Shown here: positions 27,001-41,478 of the stretch, one piece after another
Layout of the letters: every line of letters begins with the position of its first letter
Numbering within the stretch: the stretch's first letter is position 1
Source of the DNA: the human T2T-CHM13v2.0 reference genome, Homo sapiens
Length of the DNA: 64,000 nucleotides
NCBI RefSeq assembly: GCF_009914755.1
Contig: NC_060939.1
Strand: one strand, 5' to 3'
The notes under the pieces: model-generated
The model's database searches: none
What the model was told of the DNA's origin: nothing
What the model saw: the letters and a program-made list of their open reading frames with translations, nothing else
Translations under genes and position numbers: made by a program

Positions 27001-28855
27001 TTTGAGTCCATTCTATTTGAGTCCATTCCCTTTGATTCCATAACATTTGAGTCCATTCAATTCCATTCCTTTCGTTTCCATTCCATTTGATGCCATTCCA
27101 TTCAATTCTGTTCTACTCGACTCCAATACATTCAATTCCATTCCATCCGATTCCATTACATTCTTTTCATTTCTTATCCATTTCAAGCCATTCCACTCCA
27201 TTCCATTCCACTCGTTTCCTTTCCATTCGAGTCCATTCCTCTCCAGTCCATTCCGTTCAATCCATTCCATTCCAGTCCATTCCATTCGAGTCCGTTCCAT
27301 TCCAGTCCATTCCATTCGAGTCAATTCCATTCCATTCGATGTCTTTCCATAACGATCCATTCCATTCTATTCCTTTCGATTCCATTCCATTCTATTTCAT
27401 TCCATTCGATTCCCTTCCATTGGACTCCTTTCCATTCGAGTGCATTCCATTCCGTTCCATTTCTTTCCGTTCTGTACGATTCCTACCGTTCGATTTCATT
27501 TTGTTCCAGTCCATTCCTTTCGCGTCCATTCCATTCCATTTCACTCCATTCGATTCCATTCCACTCGATTCCACTTCGTTCCATTTCATTGCATTCCATT
27601 CTATTCAACTCTATTGCCTTCCATTCCATTCCATTCCATTACATTCCATGCGATTCCATTCGAAATCGAATCAATTACATTGCAAACCATTACTATTGAG
27701 TCCGTTTTATTCCAGTCCACTGCATTCTGGTCCATTCCATTTGATTCCATTCCATTCTATTCCATTCCATACAGTTGCATTCCATTGGATTCCATGCTAT
27801 ATCTATAAATTCAATTCGAGACCATTGCTTTTGAGTCCATTCTATATGATTCCATTCCATTCAAGTCCATTACATTTGGTTCAATTCCATTCCATTCGGT
27901 TCAATTCCATTCCATTCCATTCCCTTCCATTCCATTCCAGTTGATATCAATCCATTCGATTCCATTCCATTCGAGCACATTCCATTCGAGTCCATTCCAT
28001 TCGATGCCATTCCATTTGATTCTATTCCATTAGTCTCCATTCAATTCCATTAATCTCCATTCCATTCCATTCTACTCCAACTGATTCCATTCCATTCTAT
28101 TCCTTTCCATTCCATTTCATTCCATTCCATTCCATTCCATTCCATTCCATTCCATTCGTGACCATTCCACTCCAGTCCATTCCATTCGTATCCATTCCAT
28201 TCCAGTCCATTCCATTTGTGTCCACTGCATTCCATTCCACTCCATTCCATATTATTCCATTACACTCCATTCCATTCTATTACTTTCATTTCCATTCAAT
28301 TCCATTCCATTTGATTCCATTCCACTCGGTTTCATTCCATTTGAGTCCACTCCATTCCATTCCATTCCATTCAGTTCCATTCCATTCTGTTCCATTCCAT
28401 TCCGTTCCATTACATTCCATTCCATTCGGTACCATTCCATATTGTTCCATTCGATTCCATTCGAATCCATTCCATTCCAGTCCATTCCATTCGATTCCAT
28501 TCCATTCATTTCAATTCCATTCCATTCCATTCCATTACATTCCACTTGATTCCTCTCCATTCCCTTCCACTGCATTCCGTTCGATTCCATTCCATTGCAT
28601 TGCATTCCATTCCATTGGATTGCATTCCATTCGATTCCATTCCATTCGAATCAATTACATAGCAATCCATTACATTCGAGTCTATTCTCTTCCGTTCCAT
28701 TCGATTTCGTTCCAATCCATTCGATTCCATTCCATTCGATTCCATTCCATACTATTGCATTCCATTCGATTACATTATATTCGAATACGTTCCATTCAAG
28801 ACCATTTCTTTTGAGTCCATTCTATTTGAGTCCATTCCCTTTGATTCCATAACAT
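18095..28855 (+). repeat. Six-unit block, copy 2 (U11-U16, 10,761 bp)
   Basis: Same length series as U5-U10. Shared TTCGACTCC, TCTACGATT, CTCGATTGG, GTCCTTTCT, CATATCATT, CACTTCATT, CGTGACC and GAATACGTT variants. Confidence 0.9.
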
Positions 28856-31800
28856 TTGAGTCCATTCAATTCCATTCCTTTCGTTTCCATTCCATTTGAT
28901 GCCATTCCATTCAATTCTGTTCTACTCGACTCCAATACATTCAATTCCATTCCATCCGATTCCATTACATTCTTTTCATTTCTTATCCATTTCAAGCCAT
29001 TCCACTCCATTCCATTCCACTCGTTTCCTTTCCATTCGAGTCCATTCCTCTCCAGTCCATTCCGTTCAATCCATTCCATTCCGGTCCATTCCATTCGAGT
29101 CCGTTCCATTCCAGTCCATTCCATTCGAGTCAATTCCATTCCATTCGATGTCTTTCCATAACGATCCATTCCATTCTATTCCTTTCGATTCCATTCCATT
29201 CTATTTCATTCCATTCGATTCCCTTCCATTGGACTCCTTTCCATTCGAGTGCATTCCATTCCGTTCCATTTCTTTCCGTTCTGTACGATTCCTACCGTTC
29301 GATTTCATTTTGTTCCAGTCCATTCTTTCGCGTCCATTCCATTCCATTTCACTCCATTCGATTCCATTCCACTCGATTCCACTTCGTTCCATTTCATTGT
29401 ATTCCATTCTATTCAACTCTAATGCCTTCCATTCCATTCCATTCCATTACATTCCATGCGATTCCATTCGAAATCGAATCAATTACATTGCAATCCATTA
29501 CTATTGAGTCCGTTTTATTCCAGTCCACTGCATTCTGGTCCATTCCATTTGATTCCATTCCATTCTATTCCATTCCATACAGTTGCATTCCATTGGATTC
29601 CATGCTATATCTATAAATTCAATTCGAGACCATTGCTTTTGAGTCCATTCTATATGATTCCATTCCATTCAAGTCCATTACATTTGGTTAAATTCCATTC
29701 CATTCGGTTCAATTCCATTCCATTCCATTCCCTTCCATTCCATTCCAGTTGATATCAATCCATTCGATTCCATTCCATTCGAGCACATTCCATTCGAGTC
29801 CATTCCATTCGATGCCATTCCATTTGATTCTATTCCATTAGTCTCCATTCAATTCCATTAATCTCCATTCCATTCCATTCTACTCCAACTGATTCCATTC
29901 CATTCTATTCCTTTTTATTCCATTTCATTCCATTCCATTCCATTCCATTCCATTCCATTCGTGTCCATTCCACTCCAGTCCATTCCATTCGTATCCATTC
30001 CATTCCAGTCCATTCTATTTGTGTCCACTGCATTCCATTCCACTCCATTCCATATTATTCCATTACACTCCATTCCATTCTATTACTTTCATTTCCATTC
30101 AATTCCATTCCATTTGATTCCATTCCACTCGGTTTCATTCCATTTGAGTCCACTCCATTCCATTCCATTCCATTCAGTTCCATTCCATTCTGTTCCATTC
30201 CATTCCGTTCCATTACATTCCATTCCATTCGGTACCATTCCATATTGTTCCATTCGATTCCATTCGAATCCATTCCATTCCAGTCCATTCCATTCGATTC
30301 CATTCCATTCATTTCAATTCCATTCCATTCCATTCCATTACATTCCACTTGATTCCTCTCCATTCCCTTCCACTGCATTACGTTCGATTCCATTCCATTG
30401 CATTGCATTCCATTCCATTGGATTGCATTCCATTCGATTCCATTCCATTCGAATCAATTACATAGCAATCCATTACATTCGAGTCTATTCTATTCCGTTC
30501 CATTCGATTTCGTTCCAATCCATTCGATTCCATTCCATTCGATTCCATTCCATACTATTGCATTCCATTCGATTACATTATATTCGAATAACTTCCATTC
30601 AAGACCATTTCTTTTGAGTCCATTCTATTTGAGTCCATTCCCTTTGATTCCATAACATTTGAGTCCATTCAATTCCATTCCTTTCGTTTCCATTCCATTT
30701 GATGCCATTCCATTCAATTCTGTTCTACTCGACTCCAATACATTCAATTCCATTCCATCCGATTCCATTACATTCTTTTCATTTCTTATCCATTTCAAGC
30801 CATTCCACTCCATTCCATTCCACTCGTTTCCTTTCCATTCGAGTCCATTCCTCTCCAGTCCATTCCGTTCAATCCATTCCATTCCAGTCCATTCCATTCG
30901 AGTCCGTTCCATTCCAGTCCATTCCATTCGAGTCAATTCCATCCCATTCGATGTCTTTCCATAACGATCCATTCCATTCTATTCCTTTCGATTCCATTCC
31001 ATTCTATTTCATTCCATTCGATTCCCTTCCATTGGACTCCTTTCCATTCGAGTGCATTCCATTCCGTTCCATTTCTTTCCGTTCTGTACGATTCCTACCG
31101 TTCGATTTCATTTTGTTCCAGTCCATTCTTTCGCGTCCATTCCATTCCATTTCACTCCATTCGATTCCATTCCACTCGATTCCACTTCGTTCCATTTCAT
31201 TGCATTCCATTCTATTCAACTCTATTGCCTTCCATTCCATTCCATTCGATTACATTCCATGCGATTCCATTCGAAATCGAATCAATTACATTGCAATCCA
31301 TTACTATTGAGTCCGTTTTATTCCAGTCCACTGCATTCTGGTCCATTCCATTTGATTCCATTCCATTCTATTCCATTCCATACAGTTGCATTCCATTGGA
31401 TTCCATGCTATATCTATAAATTCAATTCGAGACCATTGCTTTTGAGTCCATTCTATATGATTCCATTCCATTCAAGTCCATTACATTTGGTTAAATTCCA
31501 TTCCATTCGGTTCAATTCCATTCCATTCCATTCCCTTCCATTCCATTCCAGTTGATATCAATCCATTCGATTCCATTCCATTCGAGCACATTCCATTCGA
31601 GTCCATTCCATTCGATGCCATTCCATTTGATTCTATTCCATTAGTCTCCATTCAATTCCATTAATCTCCATTCCATTCCATTCTACTCCAACTGATTCCA
31701 TTCCATTCTATTCCTTTCCATTCCATTCCATTCCATTCCATTCCATTCCATTCCATTCGTGTCCATTCCACTCCAGTCCATTCCATTCGTATCCATTCCA

Positions 31801-34800
31801 TTCCAGTCCATTCCATTTGTGTCCACTGCATTCCATTCCACTCCATTCCATATTATTCCATTACACTCCATTCCATTCTATTACTTTCATTTCCATTCAA
31901 TTCCATTCCATTTGATTCCATTCCACTCGGTTTCATTCCATTTGAGTCCACTCCATTCCATTCCATTCCATTCAGTTCCATTCCATTCTGTTCCATTCCA
32001 TTCCGTTCCATTACATTCCATTCCATTCGGTACCATTCCATATTGTTCCATTCGATTCCATTCGAATCCATTCCATTCCAGTCCATTCCATTCGATTCCA
32101 TTCCATTCCTTTCAATTCCATTCCATTCCATTCCATTACATTCCACTTGATTCCTCTCCATTCCCTTCCACTGCATTCCGTTCGATTCCATTCCATTGCA
32201 TTGCATTCCATTCCATTGGATTGCATTCCATTCGATTCCATTCCATTCGAATCAATTACATAGCAATCCATTACATTCGAGTCTATTCTCTTCCGTTCCA
32301 TTCGATTTCGTTCCAATCCATTCGATTCCATTCCATTCGATTCCATTCCATACTATTGCATTCCATTCGATTACATTATATTCGAATAAGTTCCATTCAA
32401 GACCATTTCTTTTGAGTCCATTCTATTTGAGTCCATTCCCTTTGATTCCATAACATTTGAGTCCATTCAATTCCATTCCTTTCGTTTCCATTCCATTTGA
32501 TGCCATTCCATTCAATTCTGTTCTACTCGACTCCAATACATTCAATTCCATTCCATCCGATTCCATTACATTCTTTTCATTTCTTATCCATTTCAAGCCA
32601 TTCCACTCCATTCCATTCCACTCGTTTCCTTTCCATTCGAGTCCATTCCTCTCCAGTCCATTCCGTTCAATCCATTCCATTCCAGTCCATTCCATTCGAG
32701 TCCGTTCCATTCCAGTCCATTCCATTCGAGTCAATTCCATTCCATTCGATGTCTTTCCATAACGATCCATTCCATTCTATTCCTTTCGATTCCATTCCAT
32801 TCTATTTCATTCCATTCGATTCCCTTCCATTGGACTCCTTTCCATTCGAGTGCATTCCATTCCGTTCCATTTCTTTCCGTTCTGTACGATTCCTACCGTT
32901 CGATTTCATTTTGTTCCAGTCCATTCCTTTCGCGTCCATTCCATTCCATTTCACTCCATTCGATTCCATTCCACTCGATTCCACTTCGTTCCATTTCATT
33001 GCATTCCATTCTATTCAACTCTATTGCCTTCCATTCCATTCCATTCGATTACATTCCATGCGATTCCATTCGAAATCGAATCAATTACATTGCAAACCAT
33101 TACTATTGAGTCCGTTTTATTCCAGTCCACTGCATTCTGGTCCATTCCATTTGATTCCATTCCATTCTATTCCATTCCATACAGTTGCATTCCATTGGAT
33201 TCCATGCTATATATATAAATTCAATTCGAGACCATTGCTTTTGAGTCCATTCTATATGATTCCATTCCATTCAAGTCCATTACATTTGGTTCAATTCCAT
33301 TCCATTCGGTTCAATTCCATTCCATTCCATTCCCTTCCATTCCATTCCAGTTGATATCAATCCATTCGATTCCATTCCATTCGAGCACATTCCATTCGAG
33401 TCCATTCCATTCGATGCCATTCCATTTGATTCTATTCCATTAGTCTCCATTCAATTCCATTAATCTCCATTCCATTCCATTCTACTCCAACTGATTCCAT
33501 TCCATTCTATTCCTTTCCATTCCATTTCATTCCATTCCATTCCATTCCATTCCATTCCATTCCATTCGTGACCATTCCACTCCAGTCCATTCCATTCGTA
33601 TCCATTCCATTCCAGTCCATTCCATTTGTGTCCACTGCATTCCATTCCACTCCATTCCATATTATTCCATTACACTCCATTCCATTCTATTACTTTCATT
33701 TCCATTCAATTCCATTCCATTTGATTCCATTCCACTCGGTTTCATTCCATTTGAGTCCACTCCATTCCATTCCATTCCATTCAGTTCCATTCCATTCTGT
33801 TCCATTCCATTCCGTTCCATTACATTCCATTCCATTCGGTACCATTCCATATTGTTCCATTCGATTCCATTCGAATCCATTCCATTCCAGTCCATTCCAT
33901 TCGATTCCATTCCATTCCTTTCAATTCCATTCCATTCCATTCCATTACATTCCACTTGATTCCTCTCCATTCCCTTCCACTGCATTCCGTTCGATTCCAT
34001 TCCATTGCATTGCATTCCATTCCATTGGATTGCATTCCATTCGATTCCATTCCATTCGAATCAATTACATAGCAATCCATTACATTCGAGTCTATTCTCT
34101 TCCGTTCCATTCGATTTCGTTCCAATCCATTCGATTCCATTCCATTCGATTCCATTCCATACTATTGCATTCCATTCGATTACATTATATTCGAATAAGT
34201 TCCATTCAAGACCATTTCTTTTGAGTCCATTCTATTTGAGTCCATTCCCTTTGATTCCATAACATTTGAGTCCATTCAATTCCATTCCTTTCGTTTCCAT
34301 TCCATTTGATGCCATTCCATTCAATTCTGTTCTACTCGACTCCAATACATTCAATTCCATTCCATCCGATTCCATTACATTCTTTTCATTTCTTATCCAT
34401 TTCAAGCCATTCCACTCCATTCCATTCCACTCGTTTCCTTTCCATTCGAGTCCATTCCTCTCCAGTCCATTCCGTTCAATCCATTCCATTCCAGTCCATT
34501 CCATTCGAGTCCGTTCCATTCCAGTCCATTCCATTCGAGTCAATTCCATTCCATTCGATGTCTTTCCATAACGATCCATTCCATTCTATTCCTTTCGATT
34601 CCATTCCATTCTATTTCATTCCATTCGATTCCCTTCCATTGGACTCCTTTCCATTCGAGTGCATTCCATTCCGTTCCATTTCTTTCCGTTCTGTACGATT
34701 CCTACCGTTCGATTTCATTTTGTTCCAGTCCATTCTTTCGCGTCCATTCCATTCCATTTCACTCCATTCGATTCCATTCCACTCGATTCCACTTCGTTCC

Positions 34801-37800
34801 ATTTCATTGCATTCCATTCTATTCAACTCTATTGCCTTCCATTCCATTCCATTCGATTACATTCCATGCGATTCCATTCGAAATCGAATCAATTACATTG
34901 CAATCCATTACTATTGAGTCCGTTTTATTCCAGTCCACTGCATTCTGGTCCATTCCATTTGATTCCATTCCATTCTATTCCATTCCATACAGTTGCATTC
35001 CATTGGATTCCATGCTATATCTATAAATTCAATTCGAGACCATTGCTTTTGAGTCCATTCTATATGATTCCATTCCATTCAAGTCCATTACATTTGGTTA
35101 AATTCCATTCCATTCGGTTCAATTCCATTCCATTCCATTCCCTTCCATTCCATTCCAGTTGATATCAATCCATTCGATTCCATTCCATTCGAGCACATTC
35201 CATTCGAGTCCATTCCATTCGATGCCATTCCATTTGATTCTATTCCATTAGTCTCCATTCAATTCCATTAATCTCCATTCCATTCCATTCTACTCCAACT
35301 GATTCCATTCCATTCTATTCCTTTCCATTCCATTTCATTCCATTCCATTCCATTCCATTCCATTCCATTCCATTCGTGTCCATTCCACTCCAGTCCATTC
35401 CATTCGTATTCATTCCATTCCAGTCCATTCCATTTGTGTCCACTGCATTCCATTCCACTCCATTCCATATTATTCCATTACACTCCATTCCATTCTATTA
35501 CTTTCATTTCCATTCAATTCCATTCCATTTGATTCCATTCCACTCGGTTTCATTCCATTTGAGTCCACTCCATTCCATTCCATTCCATTCAGTTCCATTC
35601 CATTCTGTTCCATTCCATTCCGTTCCATTACATTCCATTCCATTCGGTACCATTCCATATTGTTCCATTCGATTCCATTCGAATCCATTCCATTCCAGTC
35701 CATTCCATTCGATTCCATTCCATTCATTTCAATTCCATTCCATTCCATTCCATTACATTCCACTTGATTCCTCTCCATTCCCTTCCACTGCATTCCGTTC
35801 GATTCCATTCCATTGCATTGCATTCCATTCCATTGGATTGCATTCCATTCGATTCCATTCCATTCGAATCAATTACATAGCAATCCATTACATTCGAGTC
35901 TATTCTCTTCCGTTCCATTCGATTTCGTTCCAATCCATTCGATTCCATTCCATTCGATTCCATTCCATACTATTGCATTCCATTCGATTACATTATATTC
36001 GAATAATTTCCATTCAAGACCATTTCATTTGAGTCCATTCTATTTGAGTCCATTCCCTTTGATTCCATAACATTTGAGTCCATTCAATTCCATTCCTTTC
36101 GTTTCCATTCCATTTGATGCCATTCCATTCAATTCTGTTCTACTCGACTCCAATACATTCAATTCCATTCCATCCGATTCCATTACATTCTTTTCATTTC
36201 TTATCCATTTCAAGCCATTCCACTCCATTCCATTCCACTCGTTTCCTTTCCATTCGAGTCCATTCCTCTCCAGTCCATTCCGTTCAATCCATTCCATTCC
36301 AGTCCATTCCATTCGAGTCCGTTCCATTCCAGTCCATTCCATTCGAGTCAATTCCATTCCATTCGATGTCTTTCCATAACGATCCATTCCATTCTATTCC
36401 TTTCGATTCCATTCCATTCTATTTCATTCCATTCGATTCCCTTCCATTGGACTCCTTTCCATTCGAGTGCATTCCATTCCGTTCCATTTCTTTCCGTTCT
36501 GTACGATTCCTACCGTTCGATTTCATTTTGTTCCAGTCCATTCTTTCGCGTCCATTCCATTCCATTTCACTCCATTCGATTCCATTCCACTCGATTCCAC
36601 TTCGTTCCATTTCATTGCATTCCATTCTATTCAACTCTATTGCCTTCCATTCCATTCCATTCGATTACATTCCATGCGATTCCATTCGAAATCGAATCAA
36701 TTACATTGCAATCCATTACTATTGAGTCCGTTTTATTCCAGTCCACTGCATTCTGGTCCATTCCATTTGATTCCATTCCATTCTATTCCATTCCATACAG
36801 TTGCATTCCATTGGATTCCATGCTATATCTATAAATTCAATTCGAGACCATTGCTTTTGAGTCCATTTTATATGATTCCATTCCATTCAAGTCCATTACA
36901 TTTGGTTAAATTCCATTCCATTCGGTTCAATTCCATTCCATTCCATTCCCTTCCATTCCATTCCAGTTGATATCAATCCATTCGATTCCATTCCATTCGA
37001 GCACATTCCATTCGAGTCCATTCCATTCGATGCCATTCCATTTGATTCTATTCCATTAGTCTCCATTCAATTCCATTAATCTCCATTCCATTCCATTCTA
37101 CTCCAACTGATTCCATTCCATTCTATTCCTTTCCATTCCATTTCATTCCATTCCATTCCATTCCATTCCATTCCATTCCATTCCATTCGTGTCCATTCCA
37201 CTCCAGTCCATTCCATTCGTATCCATTCCATTCCAGTCCATTCCATTTGTGTCCACTGCATTCCATTCCACTCCATTCCATATTATTCCATTACACTCCA
37301 TTGCATTCTATTACTTTCATTTCCATTCAATTCCATTCCATTTGATTCCATTCCACTCGGTTTCATTCCATTTGAGTCCACTCCATTCCATTCCATTCCA
37401 TTCAGTTCCATTCCATTCTGTTCCATTCCATTCCGTTCCATTACATTCCATTCCATTCGGTACCATTCCATATTGTTCCATTCGATTCCATTCGAATCCA
37501 TTCCATTCCAGTCCATTCCATTCGATTCCATTCCATTCATTTCAATTCCATTCCATTCCATTCCATTACATTCCACTTGATTCCTCTCCATTCCCTTCCA
37601 CTGCATTCCGTTCGATTCCATTCCATTGCATTGCATTCCATTCCATTGGATTGCATTCCATTCGATTCCATTCCATTCGAATCAATTACATAGCAATCCA
37701 TTACATTCGAGTCTATTCTCTTCCGTTCCATTCGATTTCGTTCCAATCCATTCGATTCCATTCCATTCGATTCCATTCCATACTATTGCATTCCATTCGA

Positions 37801-40800
37801 TTACATTATATTCGAATAAGTTCCATTCAAGACCATTTCTTTTGAGTCCATTCTATTTGAGTCCATTCCCTTTGATTCCATAACATTTGAGTCCATTCAA
37901 TTCCATTCCTTTCGTTTCCATTCCATTTGATGCCATTCCATTCAATTCTGTTCTACTCGACTCCAATACATTCAATTCCATTCCATCCGATTCCATTACA
38001 TTCTTTTCATTTCTTATCCATTTCAAGCCATTCCACTCCATTCCATTCCACTCGTTTCCTTTCCATTCGAGTCCATTCCTCTCCAGTCCATTCCGTTCAA
38101 TCCATTCCATTCCAGTCCATTCCATTCGAGTCCGTTCCATTCCAGTCCATTCCATTCGAGTCAATTCCATCCCATTCGATGTCTTTCCATAACGATCCAT
38201 TCCATTCTATTCCTTTCGATTCCATTCCATTCTATTTCATTCCATTCGATTCCCTTCCATTGGACTCCTTTCCATTCGAGTGCATTCCATTCCGTTCCAT
38301 TTCTTTCCGTTCTGTACGATTCCTACCGTTCGATTTCATTTTGTTCCAGTCCATTCCTTTCGCGTCCATTCCATTCCATTTCACTCCATTCGATTCCATT
38401 CCACTCGATTCCACTTCGTTCCATTTCATTGCATTCCATTCTATTCAACTCTATTGCCTTCCATTCCATTCCATTCGATTACATTCCATGCGATTCCATT
38501 CGAAATCGAATCAATTACATTGCAATCCATTACTATTGAGTCCATTTTATTCCAGTCCACTGCATTCTGGTCCATTCCATTTGATTCCATTCCATTCTAT
38601 TCCATTCCATACAGTTGCATTCCATTGGATTCCATTGTATATCTATAAATTCAATTCGAGACCATTGCTTTTGAGTCCATTCTATATGATTCCATTCCAT
38701 TCAAGTCCATTACATTTGGTTGAATTCCATTCCATTCCATTCCCATCCATTCCATTCCAGTTGATATCAATCCATTCGATTCCATTCCATTCGAGCACAT
38801 TCCATTCGAGTCCATTCCATTCGATGCCATTCCATTTGATTCTATTCCATTAGTCTCCATTCAATTCCATTAATCTCCATTCCATTCCATTCTACTCCAA
38901 CTGATTCCATTCCATTCTATTCCTTTCCATTCCATTTCATTCCATTCCATTCCATTTCATTCCATTCCATTCCATTCCATTCCATTCGCTTCCATTCCAT
39001 TCGTGTCCATTGCATTCCAGTCCATTCCATTTGTGTCCACTGCATTCCATTCCACTCCATTCCATATTATTCCATTACACTCCATTCCATTCTATTACTT
39101 TCATTTCCATTGAATTCCATTCCATTTGATTCCATTCCACTCGGTTTCATTCCATTTGAGTCCACTCCACTCCATTCCATTCCATTCCATTCCATTCAGT
39201 TCCATTCCATTCTGTTCCATTCCATTCCGTTCCATTGCATTCCATTCCATTCGGTACCATTCCATATTGTTCCATTCGATTCCATTCGAATCCATTCCAT
39301 TCCAGTCCATTCCATTCGATTCCATTCCATTCCTTTCAATTCCATTCCATTCCATTCCATTCCACTTGATTCCACTCCATTCCCTTCCACTGCATTCCAT
39401 TGCATTGCATTCCATTCCATTGGACTGCATTCCATTCGATTCCATTCCATTCGAATCAATTACATAGCAATCCATTACATTCGAGTCTATTCTATTCCGT
39501 TCCATTCGATTTCGTTCCAATCCATTCGATTCCATTCCATTCGATTCCATTCCATACTATTGCATTCCATTCTATTACATTATATTCGAATAAGTTCCAT
39601 TCAAGACCATTTCTTTTGAGTCCATTCTATTTGAGTCCATTCCCTTTGATTCCATAACATTTGAGTCCATTCAATTCCATTCCTTTCGTTTCCATTCCAT
39701 TTGATGCCATTCCATTCAATTCTGTTCTACTCGACTCCAATACATTCAATTCCATTCCATCCGATTCCATTACATTCTTTTCATTTCTTATCCATTTCAA
39801 GCCATTCCACTCCATTCCATTCCACTCGTTTCCTTTCCATTCGAGTCCATTCCTCTCCAGTCCATTCCGTTCAATCCATTCCATTCCAGTCCATTCCATT
39901 CGAGTCCGTTCCATTCCAGTCCATTCCATTCGAGTCAATTCCATCCCATTCGATGTCTTTCCATAACGATCCATTCCATTCTATTCCTTTCGATTCCATT
40001 CCATTCTATTTCATTCCATTCGATTCCCTTCCATTGGACTCCTTTCTATTCGAGTGCATTCCATTCCGTTCCATTTCTTTCCGTTCTGTACGATTCCTAC
40101 CGTTCGATTTCATTTTCTTCCAGGCCATTCTTTCGCGTCCATTCCATTCCATTTCACTCCATTCGATTCCATTCCACTCGATTCCACTTCGTTCCATTTC
40201 ATTGCATTCCATTCTATTCAACTCTATTGCCTTCCATTCCATTCCATTCGATTACATTCGATGCGATTCCATTCGAAATCGAATCAATTACATTGCAATC
40301 CATTACTATTGAGTCCGTTTTATTCCAGTCCACTGCATTCTGGTCCATTCCATTTGATTCCATTCCATTCTATTCCATTCCATACAGTTGCATTCCATTG
40401 GATTCCATGCTATATCTATAAATTCAATTCGAGACCATTGCTTTTGAGTCCATTCTATATGATTCCATTCCATTCAAGTCCATTACATTTGGTTAAATTC
40501 CATTCCATTCGGTTCAATTCCATTCCATTCCATTCCCTTCCATTCCATTCCAGTTGATATCAATCCATTCGATTCCATTCCATTCGAGCACATTCCATTC
40601 GAGTCCATTCCATTCGATGCCATTCCATTTGATTCTATTCCATTAGTCTCCATTCAATTCCATTAATCTCCATTCCATTCCATTCTACTCCAACTGATTC
40701 CATTCCATTCTATTCCTTTCCATTCCATTTCATTCCATTCCATTCCATTCCATTCCATTCCATTCCATTCCATTCCATTCGTGTCCATTCCACTCCAGTC

Positions 40801-41478
40801 CATTCCATTCGTATCCATTCCATTCCAGTCCATTCCATTTGTGTCCACTGCATTCCATTCCACTCCATTCCATATTATTCCATTACACTCCATTCCATTC
40901 TATTACTTTCATTTCCATTCAATTCCATTCCATTTGATTCCATTCCACTCGGTTTCATTCCATTTGAGTCCACTCCATTCCATTCCATTCCATTCAGTTC
41001 CATTCGATTCTGTTCCATTCCATTCCGTTCCGTTACATTCCATTCCATTCGGTACCATTCCATATTGTTCCATTCGATTCCATTCGAATCCATTCCATTC
41101 CAGTCCATTCCATTCGATTCCATTCCATTCATTTCAATTCCATTCCATTCCATTCCATTACATTCCACTTGATTCCTCTCCATTCCCTTCCACTGCATTC
41201 CGTTCGATTCCATTCCATTGCATTGCATTCCATTCCATTGGATTGCATTCCATTCGATTCCATTCCATTCGAATCAGTTACATAGCAATCCATTACATTC
41301 GAGTCTATTCTCTTCCGTTCCATTCGATTTCGTTCCAATCCATTCGATTCCATTCCATTCGATTCCATTCCATACTATTGCATTCCATTCCATTACATTA
41401 TATTCGAATAAGTTCCATTCAAGACCATTTCTTTTGAGTCCATTCTATTTGAGTCCATTCCCTTTGATTCCATAACAT

